Shown in pieces: positions 1-8,117 of a stretch of DNA of 64,000 nucleotides. Source of the DNA: a virus. Every line of letters starts with the position of its first letter. Position 1 is the stretch's first letter. The stretch lies in the IMG/VR virus record IMGVR_UViG_3300031975_001631; one strand, 5' to 3'. The notes below the pieces were generated by a model, which was not told where the DNA came from, did not search any database, and worked only from the letters and a program-made list of their open reading frames with translations. The position numbers were made by a program, and so were the translations under genes.

Positions 1-680
1 TCTTTTTCTTTTTTCTTCTTAGTATCAATGATTGCTTTATCGCCATACTTAGCACGGATCTTTGCTTTCACAACATCCATGGCAGAAGGTCCATCAGAAG
101 AACGCTTCTTCTTACCAAATGTATTTGGTTTGCCAGGTGCTTTATTGTAACGGTTGTTGCCGTCAACACCACCACGCTCCATGCGACGATCTCTTAGAGA
201 ATCTTCGGTTTCCTCAACATTCAATGTCTTAGGATAATCCTTATCACCCTTCTTAGCAGGCTTTTCGCCACGCTTACGCTTAGCATGGATGTTTGCCCAG
301 AGTCCTTTCTTCTCTTCTTGAATATCAGGATTAATAGTTACTTTATTTTTTACAGACTTCTCTGAAATTTCTACTTCTTTTTCGTCTGAGGTCGTAGCTT
401 TCTCAGACTTATAAAGCTTTTTTTCGGTTAATTCCGCTACTCTCTCACGGAGAGATAATTCAACCTGCTCTTTCTTTACTCTCTGTGCCTTATCAGCAGC
501 AATAGCAGCACCGACAGACTTACGACGGTTTCTTAAATAAGAATCAGACTTAGTATTCTTCTTACCATCATTGTCAATATCATCATCTTCCATACCTACA
601 GGATCAAGTTTTTCCATAAAAACATTTGCCATGCTATTAAGCATGATCTGATCGGCTGTATCTTCAATAAAATTTTTCAT
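1..680 (-). CDS. Modular Lys/Glu-rich hypothetical protein, 3' end beyond the window edge
   Basis: Not in the ORF track; translated by hand from ATG at 680 (MKNFIEDTADQ...KLDPVGMEDDDIDNDGKKNTKSDSYLRNRRK...GLWANIHAKRKRGEKPAKKGDKDYPKT...), open to base 1. Perfect late promoter just upstream. Confidence 0.85.
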   Translation of the reverse strand, partial: MKNFIEDTADQIMLNSMANVFMEKLDPVGMEDDDIDNDGKKNTKSDSYLRNRRKSVGAAIAADKAQRVKKEQVELSLRERVAELTEKKLYKSEKATTSDEKEVEISEKSVKNKVTINPDIQEEKKGLWANIHAKRKRGEKPAKKGDKDYPKTLNVEETEDSLRDRRMERGGVDGNNRYNKAPGKPNTFGKKKRSSDGPSAMDVVKAKIRAKYGDKAIIDTKKKKEK

Positions 681-704
681 CGATCCTGAAAGCTCAGCAG
701 TCTC

Positions 705-1901
705 CTATCTTTTATTTATAAAGGACTTAACTTTTTCCAATGGAGTAAGTCTCTGTACATACTCTCGATAAGAATCTGTTCCAACTTCTCTCTTATTTGC
801 AGGAACTCCAGAAGGAATTCTAGAAACATATTCAGTCAAATCTCTAATCCAAGATTTGAACATAATACCCTCAGATGTAACTGCAATAACATGATTTGCA
901 CCGCGTCTAATAATCCTACCAACAAGTCCGGTATTTAAAGATTCTACAAGAGATCCCAGATCAAACATATTGCCAATAATGTAATGCTCTCTCAAAGTTT
1001 TTTCATCAAACTTAGGAGCAATTTGCCACATCTCTACGCCCTCTGTTACAGCTGCAGCACCCATAGATCTCTGTACTGTATTGAATAGTTCTCTTGCAAC
1101 CATTCCTTTAGCAGACTTGGGTAATCCTTTCTTGAAAGACTCAAAGTCACCATCAGCAGCTAAGGCTCGTAATTTGGAAGCAGACATACCCTCAACCCCT
1201 TCAGCATCGGGATCCCGTTCTCCTGCAGAGATGACATTAATCGCATCAAAATTATAGAGTTGCCCGTTGTATTTGTTCGCGAGCCCCTCAAACTCTTTTT
1301 GTCTGTCAGCACCAACCACGATGTTGACGCTACTATATCCTTCGACATCGGCTTGCTTCAGTGCGTCTAGTATGGTACGAATGCCAGGATCATATATGAT
1401 CGCATTCGCATGTGCAGGAAACATCTTCTTCATAAAGAGAACTTTAGTCTCAGAATCAAGAGGATTTTTCTGTGGATCTACTGAGTGGGATGGGTATATC
1501 ATATAGGACCCACCCTCTGCAGTATCTTTAATAGTATCAAGTAATTTTTCGTGACCTGCTGTAGGGGGATTAAATCTACCAAACCCAATAGTAACAGTAC
1601 CGCGAGTCTTTTCTACCTCTTCCTGCTCTTCTGGTTCACCAACTCCACCACTTTGTGGTGCTGAAGGAGGAGGATTTTCTGGAGGTAAAGCTCTTGCTGC
1701 CCGTCCAGGTTTTGTTGGATCAGTTTCTTGTGATGGTTTTCTACCACTAGAAAAAACCAACTCACCTTCTATGGTTCTACCAACAATTTTTCCAGCTGGA
1801 TCAACCCATGACCCATGGCCATCACCCTTCAAACCAAGCTTCTTTGCTTGCTTTGCAGCGTTTGTCTGCGCCTCATTTAAGAATTGAAAGAAATTCTTCA
1901 T
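705..1901 (-). CDS. HIGH-motif nucleotidyltransferase (cyanophage 'cytidylyltransferase') with CTS-like leader and extra C-terminal module
   Basis: FGRFNPPTAGHEKLL (HxGH), VVGADR and MSASKLR motifs; N-terminus MKNFFQFLNE. Confidence 0.85.
   Translation of the reverse strand: MKNFFQFLNEAQTNAAKQAKKLGLKGDGHGSWVDPAGKIVGRTIEGELVFSSGRKPSQETDPTKPGRAARALPPENPPPSAPQSGGVGEPEEQEEVEKTRGTVTIGFGRFNPPTAGHEKLLDTIKDTAEGGSYMIYPSHSVDPQKNPLDSETKVLFMKKMFPAHANAIIYDPGIRTILDALKQADVEGYSSVNIVVGADRQKEFEGLANKYNGQLYNFDAINVISAGERDPDAEGVEGMSASKLRALAADGDFESFKKGLPKSAKGMVARELFNTVQRSMGAAAVTEGVEMWQIAPKFDEKTLREHYIIGNMFDLGSLVESLNTGLVGRIIRRGANHVIAVTSEGIMFKSWIRDLTEYVSRIPSGVPANKREVGTDSYREYVQRLTPLEKVKSFINKR
713..720 (-). promoter_or_regulatory. 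T4-type late promoter TATAAATA
   Basis: Exact T4 gp55 consensus, 33 nt upstream of the ATG at 680, followed by AGGAG. Confidence 0.8.
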
Positions 1902-1903
1902 TA

Positions 1904-2509
1904 CTACGAAAAAACCCGTCGAGTAGACTCCGCAATTCTATTTATGTTAAAGGATATAGTTATACGAAGCTTTTTACTGTTATTCTTTTTAACAAAATGT
2001 CTCAAATGAGATGGGAATAAAATAATATCACCCTCCTCAACCTTAGGGGTATGATTCTCACATAGGTGCTGATTAATATTTCCATCCAGAAACTCATCAT
2101 CAAACATAAAAGAATGTATAGAGTCCTGTGGATTTTGGAATGTAGTAGCTACATGATCTTCTGGATCAAATACTAGATAATGAATCCCAGAAAAAAATCC
2201 AGGTAGATGAGAATGAGACTCTTGAAATTGAGATTTCTCATAAGCGTTCATCCAAATCTCATCAATATATGGACGATCAAATAGTCCAAATTCATCCCTC
2301 CATTCTCTTAGGGCATCATCATAATGCTGCTTAATCTCTTGAGGGAAAGCTCCTTGAAATTCTGTTCTAACATCACAACTCCATCCTTCTGGAGTTCCAT
2401 TTATTGAATGATCTTTCCAAGATACATACCTATCCAACATATTTTGTCTTAGATCAGGTGCCTGTAAATTGTATTTGAATATTCGAGTTGGAAATAAATC
2501 AGTGTACAT
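1904..2509 (-). CDS. 2OG-Fe(II) oxygenase (TIGR02466-like)
   Basis: HSH...SGIHY...EEGDIILFPSHLRHFV...RITISFNI. Confidence 0.8.
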   Translation of the reverse strand: MYTDLFPTRIFKYNLQAPDLRQNMLDRYVSWKDHSINGTPEGWSCDVRTEFQGAFPQEIKQHYDDALREWRDEFGLFDRPYIDEIWMNAYEKSQFQESHSHLPGFFSGIHYLVFDPEDHVATTFQNPQDSIHSFMFDDEFLDGNINQHLCENHTPKVEEGDIILFPSHLRHFVKKNNSKKLRITISFNINRIAESTRRVFS

Positions 2510-3844
2510 TTAACCAAAAATAATGTTTCGTGCGTTTCCAAAGTCACCCTTAAGTAAGGATTTAAATTGGGGTGAAAGAAATGCTTGGAACTGAGGTTGA
2601 GATTTAAAGTCACCTTTATATCTTAACTCAAGTTCTAAGAGATCTAGTGTACCTGCCCTAACTTTGAAAAATAACTTAGCCGCATTTGAGGACTCTGTTT
2701 TTGCAGTATCTATATCAATAGTCTTAGGTTGTCTTCTAAGATAAGCAAGAGCAAGTGCAACGCTATCAATACCAATACAAGTACCACTACCTTCCTGAAT
2801 ATTCATACCATTAGACTTAGATATTGTAACCTGCCCTACCCCAGTGGTCAAGATAAATTCAAAGTTATTTCTAGTATACTCACTCATCTCATCCATCAAT
2901 TGTTTCTTAAGAATAAGATTGATTAGGGTATCAGCAAACAACTGCTGATTTCTTTTAATAATACTTAGGAATTGTTTATATAATGTGTTGGGTTGATTTC
3001 CAACTTTGCCAAGCCTCATGTTTACATAATCACGCATCGCATTAGTTGTTTTGGTATCAACCTCTCTAGTATTCAAAAGAGCTGGATCACCAATAGCAGA
3101 TACATCTTTTAGATTAATTAAAGGAACTGTTTGAATCTTACCATTTTTATAGATACCAATCCTAGTACTCCAAAGTTTTTCCGGTGGAGCATTTCTAGGA
3201 TTAGATCCATCAGGAAGTTGAGCAAGTCCAACCAAAGGACCAGTAGTTAATGCATCCCTAATTACTCCAGCAAAAAACTGCTGTCGTGCTTGCTGTAACT
3301 GTGCCTTGATAGGAGCAAATTGAGATCCATTCAATACAGTATCAAATGCTTTATTGATTAGAGTCGGGTCCGGTGCAGTTCCTTTTGGTTTCTTTTTCAG
3401 AGATACCCCAACATAATTAGCTCCATACTGAAGAATCAAATCAGAAGAGTTAAAGTCTGCCATACCAAAAGCAGCAAACTTAAATTGCTGAACTTCTTGA
3501 GGCCATTGAGTTCCTGTCAGGTATACTGCATTGGGTATTGCATTCCCAGATATACCTTTCATTGCAGAATTTTTAGCAAGAAAAGATCTGACTGCTTTTA
3601 CTGCAGAGATACCTACAATAAGATCAGAATAAAACTTATCTTTTTTTGTTGATGGGGTTAAGGTTACAGCTTTCTCAAAATCTTTTTTTACATTCCCAGC
3701 ACCAATAACAGCGGGACCCATATACCTCTGATACATGAGGTTGTAAAAGTTTTGAAGACTTGTCTCATCTTTGACAGCAGCATCCATTTCTTGATTGTTG
3801 CATAACGCACAACCAGCAAAAAATCCTTCAGACGGTTCAGCCAT
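2510..3844 (-). CDS. Hypothetical protein, possible PD-(D/E)XK nuclease fold
   Basis: 444-aa ORF; SSDLILQYGANYVGVSLKKK resembles the D...SLK core variant. Confidence 0.55.
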   Translation of the reverse strand: MAEPSEGFFAGCALCNNQEMDAAVKDETSLQNFYNLMYQRYMGPAVIGAGNVKKDFEKAVTLTPSTKKDKFYSDLIVGISAVKAVRSFLAKNSAMKGISGNAIPNAVYLTGTQWPQEVQQFKFAAFGMADFNSSDLILQYGANYVGVSLKKKPKGTAPDPTLINKAFDTVLNGSQFAPIKAQLQQARQQFFAGVIRDALTTGPLVGLAQLPDGSNPRNAPPEKLWSTRIGIYKNGKIQTVPLINLKDVSAIGDPALLNTREVDTKTTNAMRDYVNMRLGKVGNQPNTLYKQFLSIIKRNQQLFADTLINLILKKQLMDEMSEYTRNNFEFILTTGVGQVTISKSNGMNIQEGSGTCIGIDSVALALAYLRRQPKTIDIDTAKTESSNAAKLFFKVRAGTLDLLELELRYKGDFKSQPQFQAFLSPQFKSLLKGDFGNARNIIFG

Positions 3845-3859
3845 TAAAAAAAGGGAGTA

Positions 3860-4054
3860 CTACTTCCTGTTATTTAGATAGTCCTTTTCAAACTGATACG
3901 GCTTTGTCTCACCTGTCCATAGTTTATACCCTTCCTTGACTTCTGGCAAGAGCCACTGGTCCACACGAACACACTGCGCCCAGTTGACGGGGTGAGAACA
4001 ACTCACCACTACAACAGCAAAGAATGCTCGTAGGTGGATCCAGAGACTGAGCAT
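3860..4054 (-). CDS. Small hypothetical protein
   Basis: 64 aa, start shares a base with the mazG stop; hydrophobic N-terminus. Confidence 0.6.
   Translation of the reverse strand: MLSLWIHLRAFFAVVVVSCSHPVNWAQCVRVDQWLLPEVKEGYKLWTGETKPYQFEKDYLNNRK
3871..3877 (-). promoter_or_regulatory. Late promoter variant CTAAATA
   Basis: Lies 27 nt upstream of the 444-aa ORF; the same heptamer precedes regA, gp3, gp18 and other genes. Confidence 0.6.
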
Positions 4055-4710
4055 TATCTATCGCCAGATTTACGATTCTCTGAGTAATATGCATCAAAGG
4101 TTCCCGTGGGATAACGCTTTGACAATTTATCAATATTACGATCAAGAACTTCTTCAATAGAAATATCAAGTGCCATACATGCCTGAGCAACATACCACAT
4201 AACATCACCTAATTCAATCTTTAGATGCTCAATATTATCTTCTTCCCAAGGCTTTCCTTGGAAAATGATCTTCTTAACAATCTCCATAAACTCACCACCT
4301 TCTGCAGAGATACCTACAGCAGCAGTTAGGAGACGCTGAACCTCACAACCACCTGCTTGAAGAGCAGCAATTCTAGCAATAAATTGTGAAGGATCTTTAG
4401 AGGGAGCACTAGTTACTTGATCAACAAACTCAAGGTATCCATCCTTAGGAGAGTCTTGAGAAGAAGTCAAAACTACCGGAATGGTAGGTTCAGGGGGAGC
4501 AGGGGGAACAGGAGTGGGTGTATTAACAACAGCTGGGTTACCAAGTTGAGCACCCTTAGGATCTTCTGGATTATCAGACCAACCCTCAGTACCAGGATCA
4601 CCAGGTTCTACTTCCCAAAACTCCTTAACACGAGGACGGCGAGGGGGAGTAGCAGTAGGACGCTGAGGATCGGGTGTACCATCAGCGATTGCATTAGAAT
4701 AGGTAGGCAT
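4054..4710 (-). CDS. mazG: MazG-family NTP pyrophosphohydrolase with Pro-rich N-terminal extension
   Basis: RLLTAAVGISAEGGEFMEIVKK...ELGDVMWYVAQACMAL; usual position after gp41. Confidence 0.9.
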   Translation of the reverse strand: MPTYSNAIADGTPDPQRPTATPPRRPRVKEFWEVEPGDPGTEGWSDNPEDPKGAQLGNPAVVNTPTPVPPAPPEPTIPVVLTSSQDSPKDGYLEFVDQVTSAPSKDPSQFIARIAALQAGGCEVQRLLTAAVGISAEGGEFMEIVKKIIFQGKPWEEDNIEHLKIELGDVMWYVAQACMALDISIEEVLDRNIDKLSKRYPTGTFDAYYSENRKSGDR

Positions 4711-4712
4711 AA

Positions 4713-5606
4713 TTACGATTGTGGAGAAGTGAATTGTGGGTGATAGTTGAATAATGTATCTAGTCGAAAATGCTCCCAGGTATAAGAGACAATATCAGCA
4801 TTTCTTTCTTCAAAGTCTAAATGTTCTGGTTGAATAGAATAAAAAGCAGATAATACTAACCTTTCCTTATCAGAAAACCAGCTAGGTTTGATGTAAGGAT
4901 TATGAATACACCCTGTGGGATAAACCACAAGGCTATTATACATCATAATAGCAGAACTTTCAAATTTAAAATCCTCATAGTCATGAACTTGAAACCATTC
5001 ATTTATTGACTGTTCCTCATGACGATCATAGAAATTTATTAAAGTATTTTTATCTTCCCGATTAAAATCTAAGACATTGTTCTTACCCCTCCAAGACCAA
5101 AATCCAGTAGTTACAGGATCAGAGCTTTTTGAGAGATTGATGTTTGCAACAATACATGGTCTATCAGTCTCAACACTATCAAATGGATCTGAATCCATAT
5201 GGGGATAACAACAAAGTCCCCCAGTAACATCTAATCCCATTGTACCACTCGTAGCTTGAGTGTACATATCAATTATTGACATCTCACTAACACCAAAAAT
5301 TTTCTTAAATTTTTGAGTAAGTTGAGATCCAAGCATAGAGAAAAGATTTGGAGTGAACTGATGTGTCATTCCAGGACGAACAATATCAGTATCATCAAAG
5401 TCTTTAGTCTCCCAGTAGTCAAGACTTTCTAAAAACTCTTGAACTTTGTCTGGATAAAGAAAAACATTATTTGCAATAAGGATCGGAACATTACCAGGCA
5501 GTAAATGATATTCAAACTCAAGGTTATTTACCTCTGAGATTTCTTTCCAAATTTTTGTTGATGAGTTAATCAAATTTAAATCCCTCAAACTTATTCTCCT
5601 TTGCAA
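4713..5606 (-). CDS. Hypothetical protein, 2OG-Fe(II) oxygenase-like (DUF6445-like)
   Basis: YPHMD...NSLVVYPTGCIHNP...RLVLSAF; exact start uncertain because it overlaps the gp41 3' end. Confidence 0.55.
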   Translation of the reverse strand: MQRRISLRDLNLINSSTKIWKEISEVNNLEFEYHLLPGNVPILIANNVFLYPDKVQEFLESLDYWETKDFDDTDIVRPGMTHQFTPNLFSMLGSQLTQKFKKIFGVSEMSIIDMYTQATSGTMGLDVTGGLCCYPHMDSDPFDSVETDRPCIVANINLSKSSDPVTTGFWSWRGKNNVLDFNREDKNTLINFYDRHEEQSINEWFQVHDYEDFKFESSAIMMYNSLVVYPTGCIHNPYIKPSWFSDKERLVLSAFYSIQPEHLDFEERNADIVSYTWEHFRLDTLFNYHPQFTSPQS

Positions 5607-6948
5607 AAGAATCAGCTACATTGTTTTCATCTCCAGAATCAAGTAGAGATCCGCCATCCGATTGTTCACAATCATATAACCTCATCTTAGCACGATCTAT
5701 TCCCACCACAAACCTCTTATTCATTGTTGGATCACCGTATCTATTCTTCAATTGCTTCACCATAATTTGTCCGAGTCCTTCAAGATCTTCAGATGAAATA
5801 AGGGCAAACATAAGATCAGCAGTAGCAGGGAGGCCAAAGGACTCGCTAGTGTCAGTAATGTCAACATCACTGCTGCTATAACCAGAACGAGTGGTCTGGG
5901 TGGCAGATACGATAGGGACCTGGGCTTCGACAGCCAATCCTCTAAGTTCTTCAGCAATAGCCTTGATATAACTATAAGAATTGACACCGACTGCTCCGCG
6001 ATACCTAGCGGAAGCACAAATATTAAGGTAGTCAATGAAAATAATATCAGGGCGAAAAGATTTCTTAAGTGCCAGATCGTTGAGCAGAGATTTAAAATGT
6101 CCACTATGGGCACTTGCCGTTGGATATTCTTTAATTATAAGAGTTCCTTGAGTTTTTGCAGCAACCTTAGATACCTTTGTCTCGAATAACTGACGAGGTA
6201 ACTCACTTAAATCTCTAATGTTAACATCAAGAAGATTAGCATCGATTCTTTCAGCAATCTTTTCTTCAGACATCTCCATGGTTATGTAGAGGACATTCTT
6301 TCCCTGAAGAAGTACAGAACTTGCAACATGACACATAAAGAGAGACTTACCAACACCAGTACCAGCTAAACCAATAGTGAGTGTTTTATTGGGCAGACCA
6401 CCTTTTGTAATCTTATTAAAGTATTCGAGATCAAATGGAATCTTATTTTCTTTACGATGGTACGATTCGTAGCGTTCCTCATAGTCCGCAAGATAATCAT
6501 GTCCGATATGATTATCAAAAGAGACTGCAAGAGCATCAGACAAGATACTGGGAATAGCATCTCTAGTCTTTTTAGAATCTTGCCCATCAGCAATTTGAAT
6601 GGACTCCATCAAAGCCAAATAGATGGCACGGTCGCGACACCACTTCTCAGTAGCATCAAGTAACCACTGAGTATGAGTATCACTTTGAGTGAGAACCTCA
6701 ACCAAATTTAAGATATCCCTGCATTCCTGTTCAGAAAGATCATCACGATTCTGAACTTCAATACTAAGAATCTCTGGAGTGAGAATCTTATCATACTCAT
6801 TTACAAAAGAACTTATCTCCTCAAAAATAATTTTTTCAGAACGGTCATCATAATAATCGGGTTCTATAAAAGGAAGAACCTTTCTGAGAAACTCTTCATC
6901 GTGGATGAGGTTCCTCAGAATAGTCAATTCAATCCGGTCACTCATCAT
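5566..6948 (-). CDS. gp41: Replicative DNA helicase gp41
   Basis: Walker A AGTGVGKS, IFIDYLN, SESFGLPATAD. Confidence 0.97.
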   Translation of the reverse strand: MMSDRIELTILRNLIHDEEFLRKVLPFIEPDYYDDRSEKIIFEEISSFVNEYDKILTPEILSIEVQNRDDLSEQECRDILNLVEVLTQSDTHTQWLLDATEKWCRDRAIYLALMESIQIADGQDSKKTRDAIPSILSDALAVSFDNHIGHDYLADYEERYESYHRKENKIPFDLEYFNKITKGGLPNKTLTIGLAGTGVGKSLFMCHVASSVLLQGKNVLYITMEMSEEKIAERIDANLLDVNIRDLSELPRQLFETKVSKVAAKTQGTLIIKEYPTASAHSGHFKSLLNDLALKKSFRPDIIFIDYLNICASARYRGAVGVNSYSYIKAIAEELRGLAVEAQVPIVSATQTTRSGYSSSDVDITDTSESFGLPATADLMFALISSEDLEGLGQIMVKQLKNRYGDPTMNKRFVVGIDRAKMRLYDCEQSDGGSLLDSGDENNVADSFAKENKFEGFKFD

Positions 6949-7949
6949 TCTCCATAGCTAAATTCTTTGCGAGCAATCTCGTCAAGTTGTTGCATTACTT
7001 CTTCAGTAAAATACTTTTCAGGTTCCTTGTAGACTTGCTTGGCATAAACTTTCTTACCATCAATTTCATAACGACCTGCTACATTTTTCCAAAGTCCACC
7101 AAGTTCTCCCAACTCAAGTAGACCATAATGCCTATCAAGACCACGCTCATCATAGAATAAACGAATAGTAACATCCTTGTTTTCCTTACTTAAACGAGAC
7201 TTAGCAGTCTTAGCTTTGATAAGGTTTCCAATGACTTCTGTTCCATCCTTCTCTTTTTTCTTACTGAGATAGATGATTGTACTTGCTGCATACTTAAGGC
7301 CACTGCCTCCTCCCATTTCCTTTGTAGGTACATATGCGCCAATGACATCGTAAGTATGGTTGGTAACGATCATAGGTATTCTAGCCTGTCCCAGCTTCAA
7401 TGTCAACATCCTAAAGGCACCTTTGACCAGTTGGGATTTTGTCATATCACGAACTTGCTTTTCATCCAAAGCATCACGGATCTCTTTCTCAGTTGAAAGC
7501 ATACCAAGAGAGTCCAACACAAACATACATGGTTTACGCTCTTCCTCTGATTTCTTCAGATACAAATCAACTGCCTTCAATGCCTTACTACGAAAGTCTT
7601 CGATAGTTACAACATTAACAACTACCAAGCGATCAAGAGGTAATCCACGACTCTCCAGAAGAGACTTATTAATTGCTGCCTCAGTGTCAAAGTAGAGACA
7701 ATAACCGTCAGGATTAGCGTTAAGGAAATTTTGAACAACGGCGAGGCTAAAGAAAGTTTTGCCAGTGCTAGACTCACCAGCAATGGCAGTAATCTTATTC
7801 CCAGAACAACCACCAAATATACTACCTGATACGAGTCCGTTAAAAATGTACGAACCCGTGTCCACATAAGTTTCAGAGTCGTCAATATCTTTTGCCAGTT
7901 GAGTATAGTCATCTCCAATCTCTTTTACAATTTCTTTAAGAAAATCCAT
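6945..7949 (-). CDS. uvsX: RecA-like recombinase UvsX
   Basis: GESSTGKT, VLDSLG, MGGGSGLKYAAS. Confidence 0.96.
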   Translation of the reverse strand: MDFLKEIVKEIGDDYTQLAKDIDDSETYVDTGSYIFNGLVSGSIFGGCSGNKITAIAGESSTGKTFFSLAVVQNFLNANPDGYCLYFDTEAAINKSLLESRGLPLDRLVVVNVVTIEDFRSKALKAVDLYLKKSEEERKPCMFVLDSLGMLSTEKEIRDALDEKQVRDMTKSQLVKGAFRMLTLKLGQARIPMIVTNHTYDVIGAYVPTKEMGGGSGLKYAASTIIYLSKKKEKDGTEVIGNLIKAKTAKSRLSKENKDVTIRLFYDERGLDRHYGLLELGELGGLWKNVAGRYEIDGKKVYAKQVYKEPEKYFTEEVMQQLDEIARKEFSYGE

Positions 7950-8117
7950 TCAGTTCCATCTCAAGGTTTTCAAGTATTCTAGCACATTTTCACGCACTAA
8001 CATCAGTTCATTAAAACATTTTTGGTTGTGAGCACAGGACCTAAGTTCCTGATCTGGTTTATGAACGGACTCGATAAAAAGATCAAGCCCTCTATTCCAC
8101 TTTTCTTGATCGGTCAT
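7950..8117 (-). CDS. Small hypothetical protein
   Basis: Likely start MTDQEKWNRG at 8117, ATGA overlap with the gp43 stop. Confidence 0.75.
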   Translation of the reverse strand: MTDQEKWNRGLDLFIESVHKPDQELRSCAHNQKCFNELMLVRENVLEYLKTLRWN

